DNA of 59,469 bases from an uncultured virus (IMG/VR IMGVR_UViG_3300037400_001251) (IMGVR_UViG_3300037400_001251), one strand, 5' to 3'; numbered from the stretch's first letter, positions 1 through 9,759 are shown. Notes: generated by a model from the sequence alone, not told the origin. Program-made: numbers and translations.

Positions 1-1602
1 GAATCAGATACTGTAGCAGATGTAGTACATCAAATTATGGAGATCTTTACTAAGATATATAATGGAAGATCTAGTAATAAGGGTGTCTATTATATTAAGA
101 GAGAAATCAAATATACTACAGATATAGATCCTACATATTGTATAGATTTGCAATATGCCATTGGAGTAGTGCAAGATCTATATATTGATTTACCTTTAAT
201 ACAGAATCAAGACACTATATTAATTAATGGTAATATCTATAATCCAATGTTGCAAATGATAGATAAACCATTATATATGAAAGGTAAAACTAAAACTGCA
301 GTATTGCAAACTAACTTAGGTATATTTACTACAGGTGAAATAAGTAATGAAAGACTAATTAGATTCAATGCAACAGGATTTCATAATTTTCACCCGCCTA
401 TATTATTGTACTTCTTATATTATTTAGGTGGTAATCTAAAATCATTTGAAGATTATACTGGTGTTAAATATTCCTTATTACCTGGTATAGAAGATATGCC
501 ATTTAAAGATTTCGTTAATGATAAGGGAACTGAAACTAAGGATATATGTTATGTAGATTTAACTAATGTTAAACCACAATTTAAAGATCCTAAGTTTGAG
601 ATATTAGCTAAGCAGATTAATAAGTTAGCTATCTCTTATAATAACGATTTTAAATCTAAAGAATTCAATGATAAATATGCCAATATAACTGTAGGTGATT
701 TCTTTAAAGGATTATATTCTAGTGAATTCTGCCAAAGTTATATGAGTGTATTTATAACTAATAATCTATTAAAGAAGTTTAATTGCCATCAAGAATTGGT
801 AGTTAAACTAGATATCTTCTCAGCTCACTTCATGGTATATAAGACAGTCTATGAAGAATTACTAAGAGCTTTTAGTACTAGTGCTCAATATATAGATATC
901 AAAGATTTATCTAATAAGAGATTTAGATGTTATGAGTTATATTTACTAACATTTCTAAAGCATGTATATAATTTAGGAATGAATACTTTATATAGTAAGA
1001 TAGCTACAGTATCTAAAGAAAAGAGATTAAGAATCTATGATAATATTAGAGGTTCAACGAGTGCTACAAAAGATGTAGATGGTAAATCTCCAGCTTATTC
1101 TTTTGATGGCGGTAGAAATAATTCCATTATGAGATTAACTGAAATGACTAAGATAAACCAAACAGGTGAAGGTGGCCTTACAGCTGAAATGTTTGTAGGT
1201 GCTGCAAGAGACTTACATGATTCTCAATATGGAACATTATGTCCTATCACTACACCAGATAGAGAAAAGTGTGGCGTCACATTATATCTAGTACCAAGTA
1301 ATCTTACTAAATTTGATAGCATGTATTATTGGCCTTGCGATAATGAACACATGGAAGATAGAGAACCTCTTAAATCTAAAGAAGAATACGAAGTAATGTG
1401 GGCAGAACATTCTAAGACATTTAAGAAGAAAGCTGAAGAAGTTACTGCCACTGCTAAAGAAGCTTTAGGTGAAGATGAAGATGAAACTAGAGTAGTAGAA
1501 AATTCTAGTGACCATGTTGATACTGGTGATGAAGAAACTAGTGCTTCAGATAATAGATTATTCATTAATGATGAAATGAATGACCTTTGGGGTAATAGGT
1601 GA
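1..1602 (+). CDS. rpoB: Multisubunit RNA polymerase beta subunit, N-terminal half (probably 5'-truncated by the window edge)
   Basis: ARDLHDSQYGTLCPITTPDREKCGVTLYL matches RpoB/Rpb2 region D ([24 protein letters not shown]). The frame is open from base 1, upstream of ATG 37. Ends in an acidic tail. Confidence 0.85.
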   Translation, partial: ESDTVADVVHQIMEIFTKIYNGRSSNKGVYYIKREIKYTTDIDPTYCIDLQYAIGVVQDLYIDLPLIQNQDTILINGNIYNPMLQMIDKPLYMKGKTKTAVLQTNLGIFTTGEISNERLIRFNATGFHNFHPPILLYFLYYLGGNLKSFEDYTGVKYSLLPGIEDMPFKDFVNDKGTETKDICYVDLTNVKPQFKDPKFEILAKQINKLAISYNNDFKSKEFNDKYANITVGDFFKGLYSSEFCQSYMSVFITNNLLKKFNCHQELVVKLDIFSAHFMVYKTVYEELLRAFSTSAQYIDIKDLSNKRFRCYELYLLTFLKHVYNLGMNTLYSKIATVSKEKRLRIYDNIRGSTSATKDVDGKSPAYSFDGGRNNSIMRLTEMTKINQTGEGGLTAEMFVGAARDLHDSQYGTLCPITTPDREKCGVTLYLVPSNLTKFDSMYYWPCDNEHMEDREPLKSKEEYEVMWAEHSKTFKKKAEEVTATAKEALGEDEDETRVVENSSDHVDTGDEETSASDNRLFINDEMNDLWGNR

Positions 1603-2984
1603 TAGATATGGACCAAATGAATCTTACATCTAGAGAATACCAAGAATTAATAGATGAGTATGATGAACTATATATAGCTGATATATGTAGAGAAAGACAA
1701 TTACCAGATATTAATGATGGTATGAGAATAGTTCAGAGAAGATTATTTTGGTCCTTTCTTAATTTAAGTAAATCTGCAAGGAATAGCTTTAGTAAATCAG
1801 CATCTATTATAGGTGATACTTTAAAGTTACATCCTCATGGTGATAGTTCTTGTTATGGTTCATTAGTGCAAGAAGTAAATAGTCCAGCAGGTTTACTTAA
1901 AGGGAAAGGTAATTGGGGTAGTCCAAATGGTTTCATTAAGTTTGGTGCTGCCGCCATGAGATACACCGAAGTAAAATTCTTAGAAAGAGCTAACAGATAT
2001 TTTGACTTAGCTAATTTATCTATATTACAACCAGGTGAAATAGAATTACCTGAGCCTAAGTTCATACCAGTTCCATTACCTTATGCTTTAATAAGTGGAT
2101 TCTTTGGAATGGTAAAAGGCGTAGGTGTAAGTATGATTCCATCATATAACCCTAAAGACTTATTAGCTAGATTAAAGTATCTATTAAAGAAAGGGCCTAA
2201 GGTTATAATTAAACCAGACTATGGGCTTAACTTAGATGTTCAAGGAGAATTTGAAAGAATTCTTACTGAAGGTAAAGGTGAAATAATAATACCACCTACT
2301 ATAGTATTAGATGAAAAGAAGAATACTATTACTATAAGTGAAGTAAGTCCAGATCTAGCTAATGCTCAAGGTAAGTTAGAAACTTTAAGTGAGCATCCTA
2401 AATATGGTAGATATATTATAACTAAAGATTTAACATCTAAATCTACTTGTATAGTAATAGAATATACCACTAAGTATATGAAGAATATAGATGTTAAGTT
2501 TGAAGATATAGTTAAATATGTAACTACATTATTTACTACCAAGATTAATTATAACATATTAGTCTATAGAAATTTTAAAGATTATCCAACAATAAGTGTA
2601 GATGAATGGTTACTTTATAACTTCAATTTAATTTCTAAATTTAGATTAAAACAGATTAATGTTGATATTAATAATCTAAATGAAAAGATATCTTTAAATG
2701 ATGCTATTAGAGTATTAAGACCATTAATACAGGCCTATATGAATAAGTATAAGGTTATTACTCAAGATATATATCAACAACTATTAGACAAATCATTAAT
2801 AGTATTGAATAATAACACTGAATTACTTAATAAGGTTTATAGTAGTAGCATTACTAAATTATTAACTAGTGAAATTGATAATACTACATTAATAGAACAA
2901 GTTAAGAATTTAGAATTAGAAAAGACTGAAGATAAAGTAACTGCATGGTGTCTTAATTGGATAAAAGAATGGAGCAAGTCTTAA
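1599..2984 (+). CDS. Type IIA DNA topoisomerase subunit A (GyrA/ParC/T4 gp52-like, no C-terminal pinwheel)
   Basis: RQLPDINDGMRIVQRR, KSASIIGDTLKLHPHGDSS and AAAMRYTE (catalytic Tyr). Likely start is ATG 1608 after an AGGTGA SD. Confidence 0.92.
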   Translation: MIDMDQMNLTSREYQELIDEYDELYIADICRERQLPDINDGMRIVQRRLFWSFLNLSKSARNSFSKSASIIGDTLKLHPHGDSSCYGSLVQEVNSPAGLLKGKGNWGSPNGFIKFGAAAMRYTEVKFLERANRYFDLANLSILQPGEIELPEPKFIPVPLPYALISGFFGMVKGVGVSMIPSYNPKDLLARLKYLLKKGPKVIIKPDYGLNLDVQGEFERILTEGKGEIIIPPTIVLDEKKNTITISEVSPDLANAQGKLETLSEHPKYGRYIITKDLTSKSTCIVIEYTTKYMKNIDVKFEDIVKYVTTLFTTKINYNILVYRNFKDYPTISVDEWLLYNFNLISKFRLKQINVDINNLNEKISLNDAIRVLRPLIQAYMNKYKVITQDIYQQLLDKSLIVLNNNTELLNKVYSSSITKLLTSEIDNTTLIEQVKNLELEKTEDKVTAWCLNWIKEWSKS

Positions 2985-4925
2985 ATGGAAGAAGCCAAAG
3001 AAAATCTAAAAGAATGTATCGTTAGCGTGCCTGTATCTTTAAGTCCATTTTGTCAATGTTCAGATGGTACTAGATTAGGTATGGCTAGTAACCAAATGAG
3101 GCAAGCATTAGATATAGAAAAATGTGAAGCTCCATTGGTTCAAACAGGTTTAGAAGAATACTATGAAAATCATAGTGATTTAAAATTAATAGCCCAAAGT
3201 GATTATGTAATATTGGCTATTACACCAGACTTCTTAGTAGTCAAATTAGATTATAAAGAATTTGGTATAACTGATATTAAAGTAATTCCTATTGGTAGAC
3301 ATAACTATGAGATATTCTGTATAGTAGGTCAGCATTGTAAAAGAGGTGACATATTAGGCAGAGTTAAAAATAGAAATGGAAAAGGTTATAAATCTATTCT
3401 AAATGGTTGTAATCTTTTAACAGCTATCAATAGTTACTATGGGTTTAACTATGAAGATGCTATAGTAGTATCTGAATCTTGTGCTAAGAAGTTAGCTCAC
3501 CATGAAAGAGTAGTAGAAACTATTACATTTAATGCTAGGCAAGTATTGTTGTCATTAAAGGAAGATAGTTATGAACCTCTTTTAAAACCAGGTGAAGTTG
3601 TTAAAGAAGGCCAAGTAATTGCTTTAATTAAGAATAGTGACCTTAATAATATTAATGAATTAATATCTCCACCTGTAGAAAAATTAAGTCCATGTGATGG
3701 TATAATAGAGAGAGTAGATGTCTATATTAACCATTATCATGATTCCACTAGAGAATTAGCATTATATCTAAATGAGATATTAGATATCAATATGATGAAT
3801 CTAAATACACTGTTAGCTAATATCTGTAGTGTATATAATGCTAATTGTAAACCAGAAGATAAACTTAATTCTATAGATGATTTGCCTCGACACATAGTAA
3901 ATGAAATAAGTCATCTATCTGGTTTCAATAAACAGCAGAAGTGGAAATATAAAAATGTCGAGGTTGATTGTTTAGTTAGATATACAATCAAAAAGAAAGC
4001 TGAATTTAACATAGGTGATAAAATAGCTTGTCGACATGGTAACAAGGGTACTATACCATTGATAGTGCCAGATGAAGAAATGTATCAAATAGATGGTAGA
4101 CCCGTTGATATTATAATTAATATAATGGGTCTAGTTGGCAGAATGAATATGCAAGCACACGTAAGTGAATTTGCTTGTAGTAATATTGTAAAGAAAGTCA
4201 AAGCTATCTGCGAAATGCTAATGAAGAAAGGTAAAGAAGTAGAAGCTTTAGAAGTTATAAAAGACTTCTACAATAGAATGGATACTACAGATACTAAGTA
4301 TATACTTAATTCTATTGACTTTACTAAACCTGTAAGAACATTAATAGATGAATTACATTTCGTGGCACCACCATTTGATAGTATAGATATCTATAAATTA
4401 GATGAATTAAGAAAACGATATAAAGTTGCTGATATCTATGAAGTATATGATCCACATTATGGTGGTAAGATAAAGATGCCAGTGGGTTATATGTTCTGGG
4501 AAAAGCTTCATCATCTATCTGCAGAAAAGATTGCTGCTAGATCCTTAGGTGGTTATAATAAGAAATCAATGCAACCTCTAAGCGGTAAAAAGGTAAAAGG
4601 TGGACAGAAGTTTGGTGAAATGGAAGTCTGGGCATTAATTGCTCATGACGCAGATGACTTACTTACAGAAACAGTAGGTTTAAGATCTGATGATATACAA
4701 GCCAAACAATCTGTGTTAAGAAACCTTATCACTATGGGTAAAGCACATCTAATGGAATCTAGTAATAAGTCTAGTGAAGCTTTTATGATATATCTAAAAG
4801 CATTAGGCTTAAATATTGTAGATGAAACTATAGATGTAGAAGATGAAGATGATATCATTGTAACTGATATCAATGGTAAGACTCTCACCACTAAAGAAGA
4901 GAAAACATTAGAAACTAACGAATAA
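2985..4925 (+). CDS. rpoB: Multisubunit RNA polymerase beta subunit, C-terminal half
   Basis: SLSPF..SDGTRLGMASNQMRQA, GFNYEDAIVVSE, GDKIACRHGNKG, DIIINIMGLVGRMN, KLHHL..EKIAARS, QPLSGK..KGGQKFGEMEVWAL are the conserved C-terminal RpoB blocks. Confidence 0.95.
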   Translation: MEEAKENLKECIVSVPVSLSPFCQCSDGTRLGMASNQMRQALDIEKCEAPLVQTGLEEYYENHSDLKLIAQSDYVILAITPDFLVVKLDYKEFGITDIKVIPIGRHNYEIFCIVGQHCKRGDILGRVKNRNGKGYKSILNGCNLLTAINSYYGFNYEDAIVVSESCAKKLAHHERVVETITFNARQVLLSLKEDSYEPLLKPGEVVKEGQVIALIKNSDLNNINELISPPVEKLSPCDGIIERVDVYINHYHDSTRELALYLNEILDINMMNLNTLLANICSVYNANCKPEDKLNSIDDLPRHIVNEISHLSGFNKQQKWKYKNVEVDCLVRYTIKKKAEFNIGDKIACRHGNKGTIPLIVPDEEMYQIDGRPVDIIINIMGLVGRMNMQAHVSEFACSNIVKKVKAICEMLMKKGKEVEALEVIKDFYNRMDTTDTKYILNSIDFTKPVRTLIDELHFVAPPFDSIDIYKLDELRKRYKVADIYEVYDPHYGGKIKMPVGYMFWEKLHHLSAEKIAARSLGGYNKKSMQPLSGKKVKGGQKFGEMEVWALIAHDADDLLTETVGLRSDDIQAKQSVLRNLITMGKAHLMESSNKSSEAFMIYLKALGLNIVDETIDVEDEDDIIVTDINGKTLTTKEEKTLETNE

Positions 4926-4933
4926 CTTATTTA

Positions 4934-4977
4934 AGGGCAGGCCTGATTATATTATGAAGTAAGGTCTGCCCTACCAC
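4934..4977 (+). terminator. Intergenic RNA hairpin followed by ACCAC (no U-tract)
   Basis: AGGGCAGGCCT 4934-4944 pairs with AGGTCTGCCCT 4962-4972 (one G-U), directly after the rpoB-C stop. Confidence 0.55.
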
Positions 4978-5023
4978 CATGAGAAATTAACTTATTAATA
5001 TGAATGGAGGCAAAACTTAAATT

Positions 5024-5272
5024 ATGAAAGATCAGGTTATTTATAGATTAGATAAACATTCTTGTGGAAAAATTACTTGCGTAGGATTTGGTACATTAAC
5101 TGAATTTAATGAAAGATTTTCTACAAGCAATAAGAGCATGAAAACATTGGTTAAAAATCTATGTTCTAATGGTAGCTATAGCTTCGTAAGAATAGGTAAT
5201 AGAGAAGACCTATGCGAAGGAGATTTAATTACCGTAGATGGTACTAGATATACAGGTTACACATTAGAATAA
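5024..5272 (+). CDS. Hypothetical protein
   Basis: 82-aa ORF with GGAGG SD upstream. Confidence 0.7.
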   Translation: MKDQVIYRLDKHSCGKITCVGFGTLTEFNERFSTSNKSMKTLVKNLCSNGSYSFVRIGNREDLCEGDLITVDGTRYTGYTLE

Positions 5273-5381
5273 TTTTAACTAAAAAGGTTACTTAGAAACG
5301 TATAATAATTATTAAATGATTCGTTCTAGAGTCATTAAATCAAAATTTAAAATTAAAATATCTTTGAAAGGACAATTAATT

Positions 5382-6389
5382 ATGTCTAACGAAATTATCA
5401 ACAACACTAACACTACTTCTACTACTAACAATGCTCAGGCTACTACTGGTAACAACATTACCATCATTAATCTTAAACATGAAAATAACCTTAGTATTGT
5501 TAATACCCTTAGAACTCAATTCGGTAATGGTATAGATAATCTTAATATCTTCCCATATCAGAATGGTGTTAAAATGGTTCAGTTCAAATTCCATAAAGAT
5601 AATAAGAGAATGTTCGTAGAATATCCAGCATTCATGGCAATTATTACACCAGATTACACTACATTATTCTTAAAGAAAGATGGAGAACCATTCCCAAGTG
5701 TTGCTTATAGAGTTCATAAAAGAAGTGTCGCAGAAAAAGTTACAGCTAATGCTACATTAAATGAATACATCAATACTAAGGTTACAGATATTCCTACATT
5801 CTTAGAAAGTGAACTTACTAATGAATCTAAGGTTGTAATGGAAAATCTTGAAATCTCTGTATTATTAAGAATACTTGAAAAAGAAAAGACTGAAAATACT
5901 AAACTTACATATAGTAGAGTATTCGATTTAATTAGATCTAAAATTAATGAAAGCAAAGATTGTGGATATCTTGAAAAACTTTGTAAGACCTGTGTTATGT
6001 TAAATGTAACATTCGCAGATAAATCATTAGTTAACTTCAATAGTATTGAACTCTTCCCTAAAGAACAGAAGGTTGTTGCTAAAGTTGTTAAAGAACCAAA
6101 GATGCCAACAGTAAAAGAACCTAAAGCACCTAAGGCTACAACCACAGCTAAACCAAAGAAAGCTGTTGCTAAAGTTACCAAAGAAAAATTAGATACAGCT
6201 ATTAGTAAAGCTAAAGAAGATAAAGCTGTAAAGGAAGAAACTAAAAAGATTATTGAAGAAGCTAAGACTATAAAAGAATTCACTAATCCAACAGAAGTTC
6301 CTACCTTAGAAAATATTGAAACTGAAGTTAAACCACAAACTATAACTATTAACGAAAATATGGTTGACTCCATTATAGATTCTATCTAA
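5382..6389 (+). CDS. Hypothetical protein with a Lys/Ala/Pro-rich low-complexity C-terminal region
   Basis: Start moved from 5316 to ATG 5382, downstream of the TTGAAAGGACAA SD. KEPKAPKATTTAKPKKAVAK segment. Confidence 0.75.
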   Translation: MSNEIINNTNTTSTTNNAQATTGNNITIINLKHENNLSIVNTLRTQFGNGIDNLNIFPYQNGVKMVQFKFHKDNKRMFVEYPAFMAIITPDYTTLFLKKDGEPFPSVAYRVHKRSVAEKVTANATLNEYINTKVTDIPTFLESELTNESKVVMENLEISVLLRILEKEKTENTKLTYSRVFDLIRSKINESKDCGYLEKLCKTCVMLNVTFADKSLVNFNSIELFPKEQKVVAKVVKEPKMPTVKEPKAPKATTTAKPKKAVAKVTKEKLDTAISKAKEDKAVKEETKKIIEEAKTIKEFTNPTEVPTLENIETEVKPQTITINENMVDSIIDSI

Positions 6390-6405
6390 TTAAGATATTA
6401 TAAAA

Positions 6406-6452
6406 GGTACTGTAGGCGATATAATAATTAATAATATTGTCTACAGTATTTT
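6406..6452 (+). terminator. 17-bp RNA hairpin, probable terminator
   Basis: GGTACTGTAGGCGATAT 6406-6422 pairs with ATATTGTCTACAGTATT 6434-6450, with G-U pairs in the + sense. Confidence 0.55.
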
Positions 6453-6502
6453 ATAGATAGACAAAAGATTTCAATATTTAAAAAGTAAAGGAAAACTTAA
6501 GC

Positions 6503-7129
6503 ATGTTAAAACAACCATTATTCATTGACGAACTTGCTAAAAACCCGGATTTACTTAACCAAATGAAAGGGCAAGTAGCTCAGAAGATATCAGAAATTAT
6601 TGATATCATGAGATTAAAAGAAGTAGTGCCTGAAGCACATATTGAAGAAACTCCTGAAAGAGTTGCTAAGATGTATATTGATGAACTATTTCATGGGTGT
6701 TATACTAATCCTCCTGATATGAAAATATTCAAAGATGATTATACCACACCTGTATTATCTACTAATATACAGATTAAGTCTACTTGTTCTCACCATGGAG
6801 TTCCATTCTATGGTAGAGCATCTATATATTATGTGCCAAATGAAATTACTGGTTTAAGTAAATTCTATAGAGTAAGTGATTATTTCAGTAGAAGACCTCA
6901 AATCCAAGAACGTCTTAATAGACAGATCTGTGATTATATATGGGATAAGCTAAAACCTCATTTAGTTATTGTAGCTATCAAATGTAAGCATATGTGCATT
7001 TGTCAAAGAGGTGTTAATGCAGATAACCCATATACAACTACCTATTATGTAAGAAGTGAACCTGAGTATGCTCCAGATAATCAACTTATTTGGAAGATAG
7101 TAGATACCATAGATGAAAGGATGATTTGA
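6503..7129 (+). CDS. folE: GTP cyclohydrolase I
   Basis: ETPERVAKMY, STCSHH (Zn ligands), GLSKFYR, RRPQIQERL, HMCICQRGV. Confidence 0.95.
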   Translation: MLKQPLFIDELAKNPDLLNQMKGQVAQKISEIIDIMRLKEVVPEAHIEETPERVAKMYIDELFHGCYTNPPDMKIFKDDYTTPVLSTNIQIKSTCSHHGVPFYGRASIYYVPNEITGLSKFYRVSDYFSRRPQIQERLNRQICDYIWDKLKPHLVIVAIKCKHMCICQRGVNADNPYTTTYYVRSEPEYAPDNQLIWKIVDTIDERMI

Positions 7130-7130
7130 C

Positions 7131-7760
7131 ATGTGTGAAGAAATCAAAGAAGAAGTTAAAAATGAAGAATCTAATCTAGACCCTCAATTAAAAGATAAGT
7201 TAGATGAATTGTTAGAAAAGGCTCCTAAAGAAGATGCTACTGAAGAAGAAACCAATAAGTATGTAAGTGACTTAATGGGAACATTATTTGGTGCTTTAGG
7301 TGATGGTTGTTCTGCCTGCCAACCTAAGATTAAATTTATCAAGACACATGACAATGCTAAATTACCAGAATATAAGAGTGAGAAATCTAGTGGTTTCGAT
7401 TTCTATTGTCCTGAAGATTTTAGTATTGGTCCTATGTCATGTAAGACAGTAGATACTGGTTTAAAGGTAGCAGATATACCTGAAGGATATGAAATACAGG
7501 TAAGAAGTAGAAGTGGTTTAGCTGCTAAGAAACAAGTATTCGTATTAAATACACCCGGTACTATAGATAATGATTACCGTGGTAATTTAATGGTAATTCT
7601 ATTTAACTTAAGTAATAATGTAGTACAGTTTAAAGCTGGTGATAGAATTGCTCAAGGTATCGTTTCTATGTATAGTCAAGCTACACCTGTATTCGTAACT
7701 GAAGAAGAATTAACTAAAACTGAAAGAGGCGAAGGTGGATTAGGTTCTACTGGAGCTTAA
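7131..7760 (+). CDS. dut: Trimeric dUTPase with an acidic N-terminal extension
   Basis: SGFDF, RSRSGLA, GTIDNDYRG, GDRIAQG, RGEGGLGSTG (motifs I-V). Confidence 0.96.
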   Translation: MCEEIKEEVKNEESNLDPQLKDKLDELLEKAPKEDATEEETNKYVSDLMGTLFGALGDGCSACQPKIKFIKTHDNAKLPEYKSEKSSGFDFYCPEDFSIGPMSCKTVDTGLKVADIPEGYEIQVRSRSGLAAKKQVFVLNTPGTIDNDYRGNLMVILFNLSNNVVQFKAGDRIAQGIVSMYSQATPVFVTEEELTKTERGEGGLGSTGA

Positions 7761-7797
7761 ATATAATCAATTATACTAAAAAGGAGGATTCATAATA

Positions 7798-8085
7798 ATG
7801 AATCTTGAAGAAGTCAAAAAAGAATTAGAAGGTAAAGATAGAGAAGCTATGTTAGCTATAGCTAAAGAAGCTGACATACAGAAATTAGGATTCATGTTAA
7901 TGGCTTTATCTGACAATATGGGTAAAGAAGTAAATGAATTTTTATCTGGTAAAAAGATAGCTGGTGCTAGAGCTAGAAAAGTTTCTTTAGATCTACAGCA
8001 ACTCATGGGTCTTTTTAGAAAGCAATCTGTATTAGCTGAAAAGACTATGGGTAAGAAAGCTGTAGCTAACAAGCCTGCTAAATAA
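7798..8085 (+). CDS. Histone H1-like (Hc1-family) DNA-binding protein
   Basis: GKKIAGARARKVSLDLQQLMGLFRKQSV matches the Hc1 signature GNKAAGTRARKASLELEKLMKEFRK.S. Basic tail, AAGGAGG SD. Confidence 0.75.
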   Translation: MNLEEVKKELEGKDREAMLAIAKEADIQKLGFMLMALSDNMGKEVNEFLSGKKIAGARARKVSLDLQQLMGLFRKQSVLAEKTMGKKAVANKPAK

Positions 8086-8119
8086 GACATTTCGCACTCC
8101 CACATACAATATAGGTTAA

Positions 8120-8162
8120 GGGTAATCTGGTAATTTAAAATACTGGGTTACCCGATAACCAC
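8120..8162 (+). terminator. Intergenic RNA hairpin followed by AACCAC
   Basis: GGGTAATCTGGTA 8120-8132 pairs with TACTGGGTTACCC 8141-8153 (three G-U pairs in the + sense). Confidence 0.55.
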
Positions 8163-8213
8163 TCTCGACAAATTTTAACTTTAATAATTATATAATGAAA
8201 GGAAATACAACTT

Positions 8214-9119
8214 ATGTATTCTGGTTATTTAAAGGCATGTGCTATTAATATGGGTATCAATTTTGCTAAGATGAACTTTTCTATTGGTTTAGCTAAAGCA
8301 TTTAATCCTAATAGAGATATGAGGCAAAAACCTCAAAAAGGTGAAAAGGTTTATGATTGGGAAAATGCAAAATGGTTTGCTTTGAATTGGACAGATTGCC
8401 AAAAGATTAGAGATTATTTAGCAGCTGGTCAATTTAGTAATAATTTATTCTTAACTCATGACAGCGGCGGTAATTATAATTATTTTAGTTTAACTATCAA
8501 TGGTGATTCTACTTTCATTAATATTGGTCCTAAAGGTGATACAGTAGGAACTGCATTGTATGGTGAAAACTATAGTATGTTTATGGCTGGTGTTAATTAT
8601 GTACTAGATGTATTACCATACCATAATGATATGTTAAAAGAAATAGCTAAGATAGTTGCTGGCCAGTCAGCATTTAATCCTGGTAATGGTCCTGATGGCA
8701 AACCATGGAGTCAAAGTAATGGTAATAATTATAATCCTAATAATGGTGATGGCGAATGGTCTAATTCTGTAAGTTATACTCCAGGTCCAGATGCTAATTA
8801 TCAACAGCCTCAGCAACCTAAACAGTATAACAATGGCGGTGGATATCAAAAGAAACAATATAATAACAATGGTTATCAGAAAAAGCAATATTCTAATAAC
8901 TATAATAATGGTGGTAATTATCAAAGAAATAATTATCAACCTCAAGCTAATGTTCAACCACCTAGACCACCTCAACAAGCATATCAAGCTCCACAGAATA
9001 ATGTTCCGCCAACACCACCACAACCAATGGCTCAACCACCAGTTCCTACTCAGCCAATGAATAATAATCAACCACCTGTCCCACCTGCTCCTCCTGTTGA
9101 TTTTGATATGTCAATGTAA
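8214..9119 (+). CDS. Putative Whirly-like single-stranded DNA-binding protein with an N/Q/Y/P-rich disordered tail
   Basis: YSGYLKACAIN, YDWENAKWFALN and LFLTHD resemble Whirly YSIYKGKAAL, YDWSRKQVFSLS and FFHDP. SSB-like acidic/hydrophobic tip VDFDMSM. Confidence 0.55.
   Translation: MYSGYLKACAINMGINFAKMNFSIGLAKAFNPNRDMRQKPQKGEKVYDWENAKWFALNWTDCQKIRDYLAAGQFSNNLFLTHDSGGNYNYFSLTINGDSTFINIGPKGDTVGTALYGENYSMFMAGVNYVLDVLPYHNDMLKEIAKIVAGQSAFNPGNGPDGKPWSQSNGNNYNPNNGDGEWSNSVSYTPGPDANYQQPQQPKQYNNGGGYQKKQYNNNGYQKKQYSNNYNNGGNYQRNNYQPQANVQPPRPPQQAYQAPQNNVPPTPPQPMAQPPVPTQPMNNNQPPVPPAPPVDFDMSM
8841..8900 (+). repeat. Imperfect 30-nt tandem repeat encoding GYQKKQY(N/S)NN twice
   Basis: ggatatcaaaagaaacaatataataacaat / ggttatcagaaaaagcaatattctaataac. 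Confidence 0.7.
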
Positions 9120-9179
9120 AAGATTACTGGAACTTATTTAAAATATAATTAATCTAGTCAATCTTAACTTGTAAATATA

Positions 9180-9233
9180 CTGAATGCCTACTAGTAGATA
9201 TTAATCTTTAACTAGTAGGCATGTCAGCACGTG
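9180..9233 (+). terminator. Intergenic hairpin followed by CACGTG
   Basis: ATGCCTACTAGT 9184-9195 pairs perfectly with ACTAGTAGGCAT 9211-9222, extended by CTGA/TCAG. Confidence 0.55.
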
Positions 9234-9252
9234 AAAGGTAGATATATCCTAT

Positions 9253-9732
9253 ATGGAAGATAAGAACGATGTATTACGTATCTATGATTGGGACGATACC
9301 TTACAAACGATAAAAGAAATACGTTCTTCATTCATGTTCTTTTTTGATACATTATTTACTAAACTAAACATTGGTATTGAAGAACCATTAGAAACAGATA
9401 ACTTAATAGGTATATCATTAAGAGAAATATTAGAAGATGATGATAGTATTATATGTACTAGTAGATCTAAGTTATATACCTATGCTATTAGATTAAGTTG
9501 TTTCTTAAAGATACCTAGTCTTAAATGGTTTAGTAATTATAAGGTTACTACTATTAATGAAGATTTCTTTTATCATGAAAATCATAGATTAGATTTATGT
9601 GAAAAGGTAGTAAATCTTAAGATGGCAAAATGTCTTATAGATTTAGGTGTATATTATAAGAGAGCTTATAATCATATACTTTACTTCGATGAAGGTTTAC
9701 CTTACGGAAGTGAATACTATAAAGTAACTTAA
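9253..9732 (+). CDS. Putative HAD-superfamily phosphatase-like protein
   Basis: IYDWDDTL (DxDxT motif I), IICTSR (motif II), ILYFDE (motif IV-like). Confidence 0.4.
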   Translation: MEDKNDVLRIYDWDDTLQTIKEIRSSFMFFFDTLFTKLNIGIEEPLETDNLIGISLREILEDDDSIICTSRSKLYTYAIRLSCFLKIPSLKWFSNYKVTTINEDFFYHENHRLDLCEKVVNLKMAKCLIDLGVYYKRAYNHILYFDEGLPYGSEYYKVT

Positions 9733-9759
9733 CTTTAAAAATGAAAGGATAATTATAAA

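Noticed and set aside
1300..3060. Intron or split intein rejoining the two rpoB halves
   Set aside because: No intein Cys/His-Asn-Cys termini or group I/II intron features are visible. The intervening gene is a topoisomerase with no flanking non-coding space.
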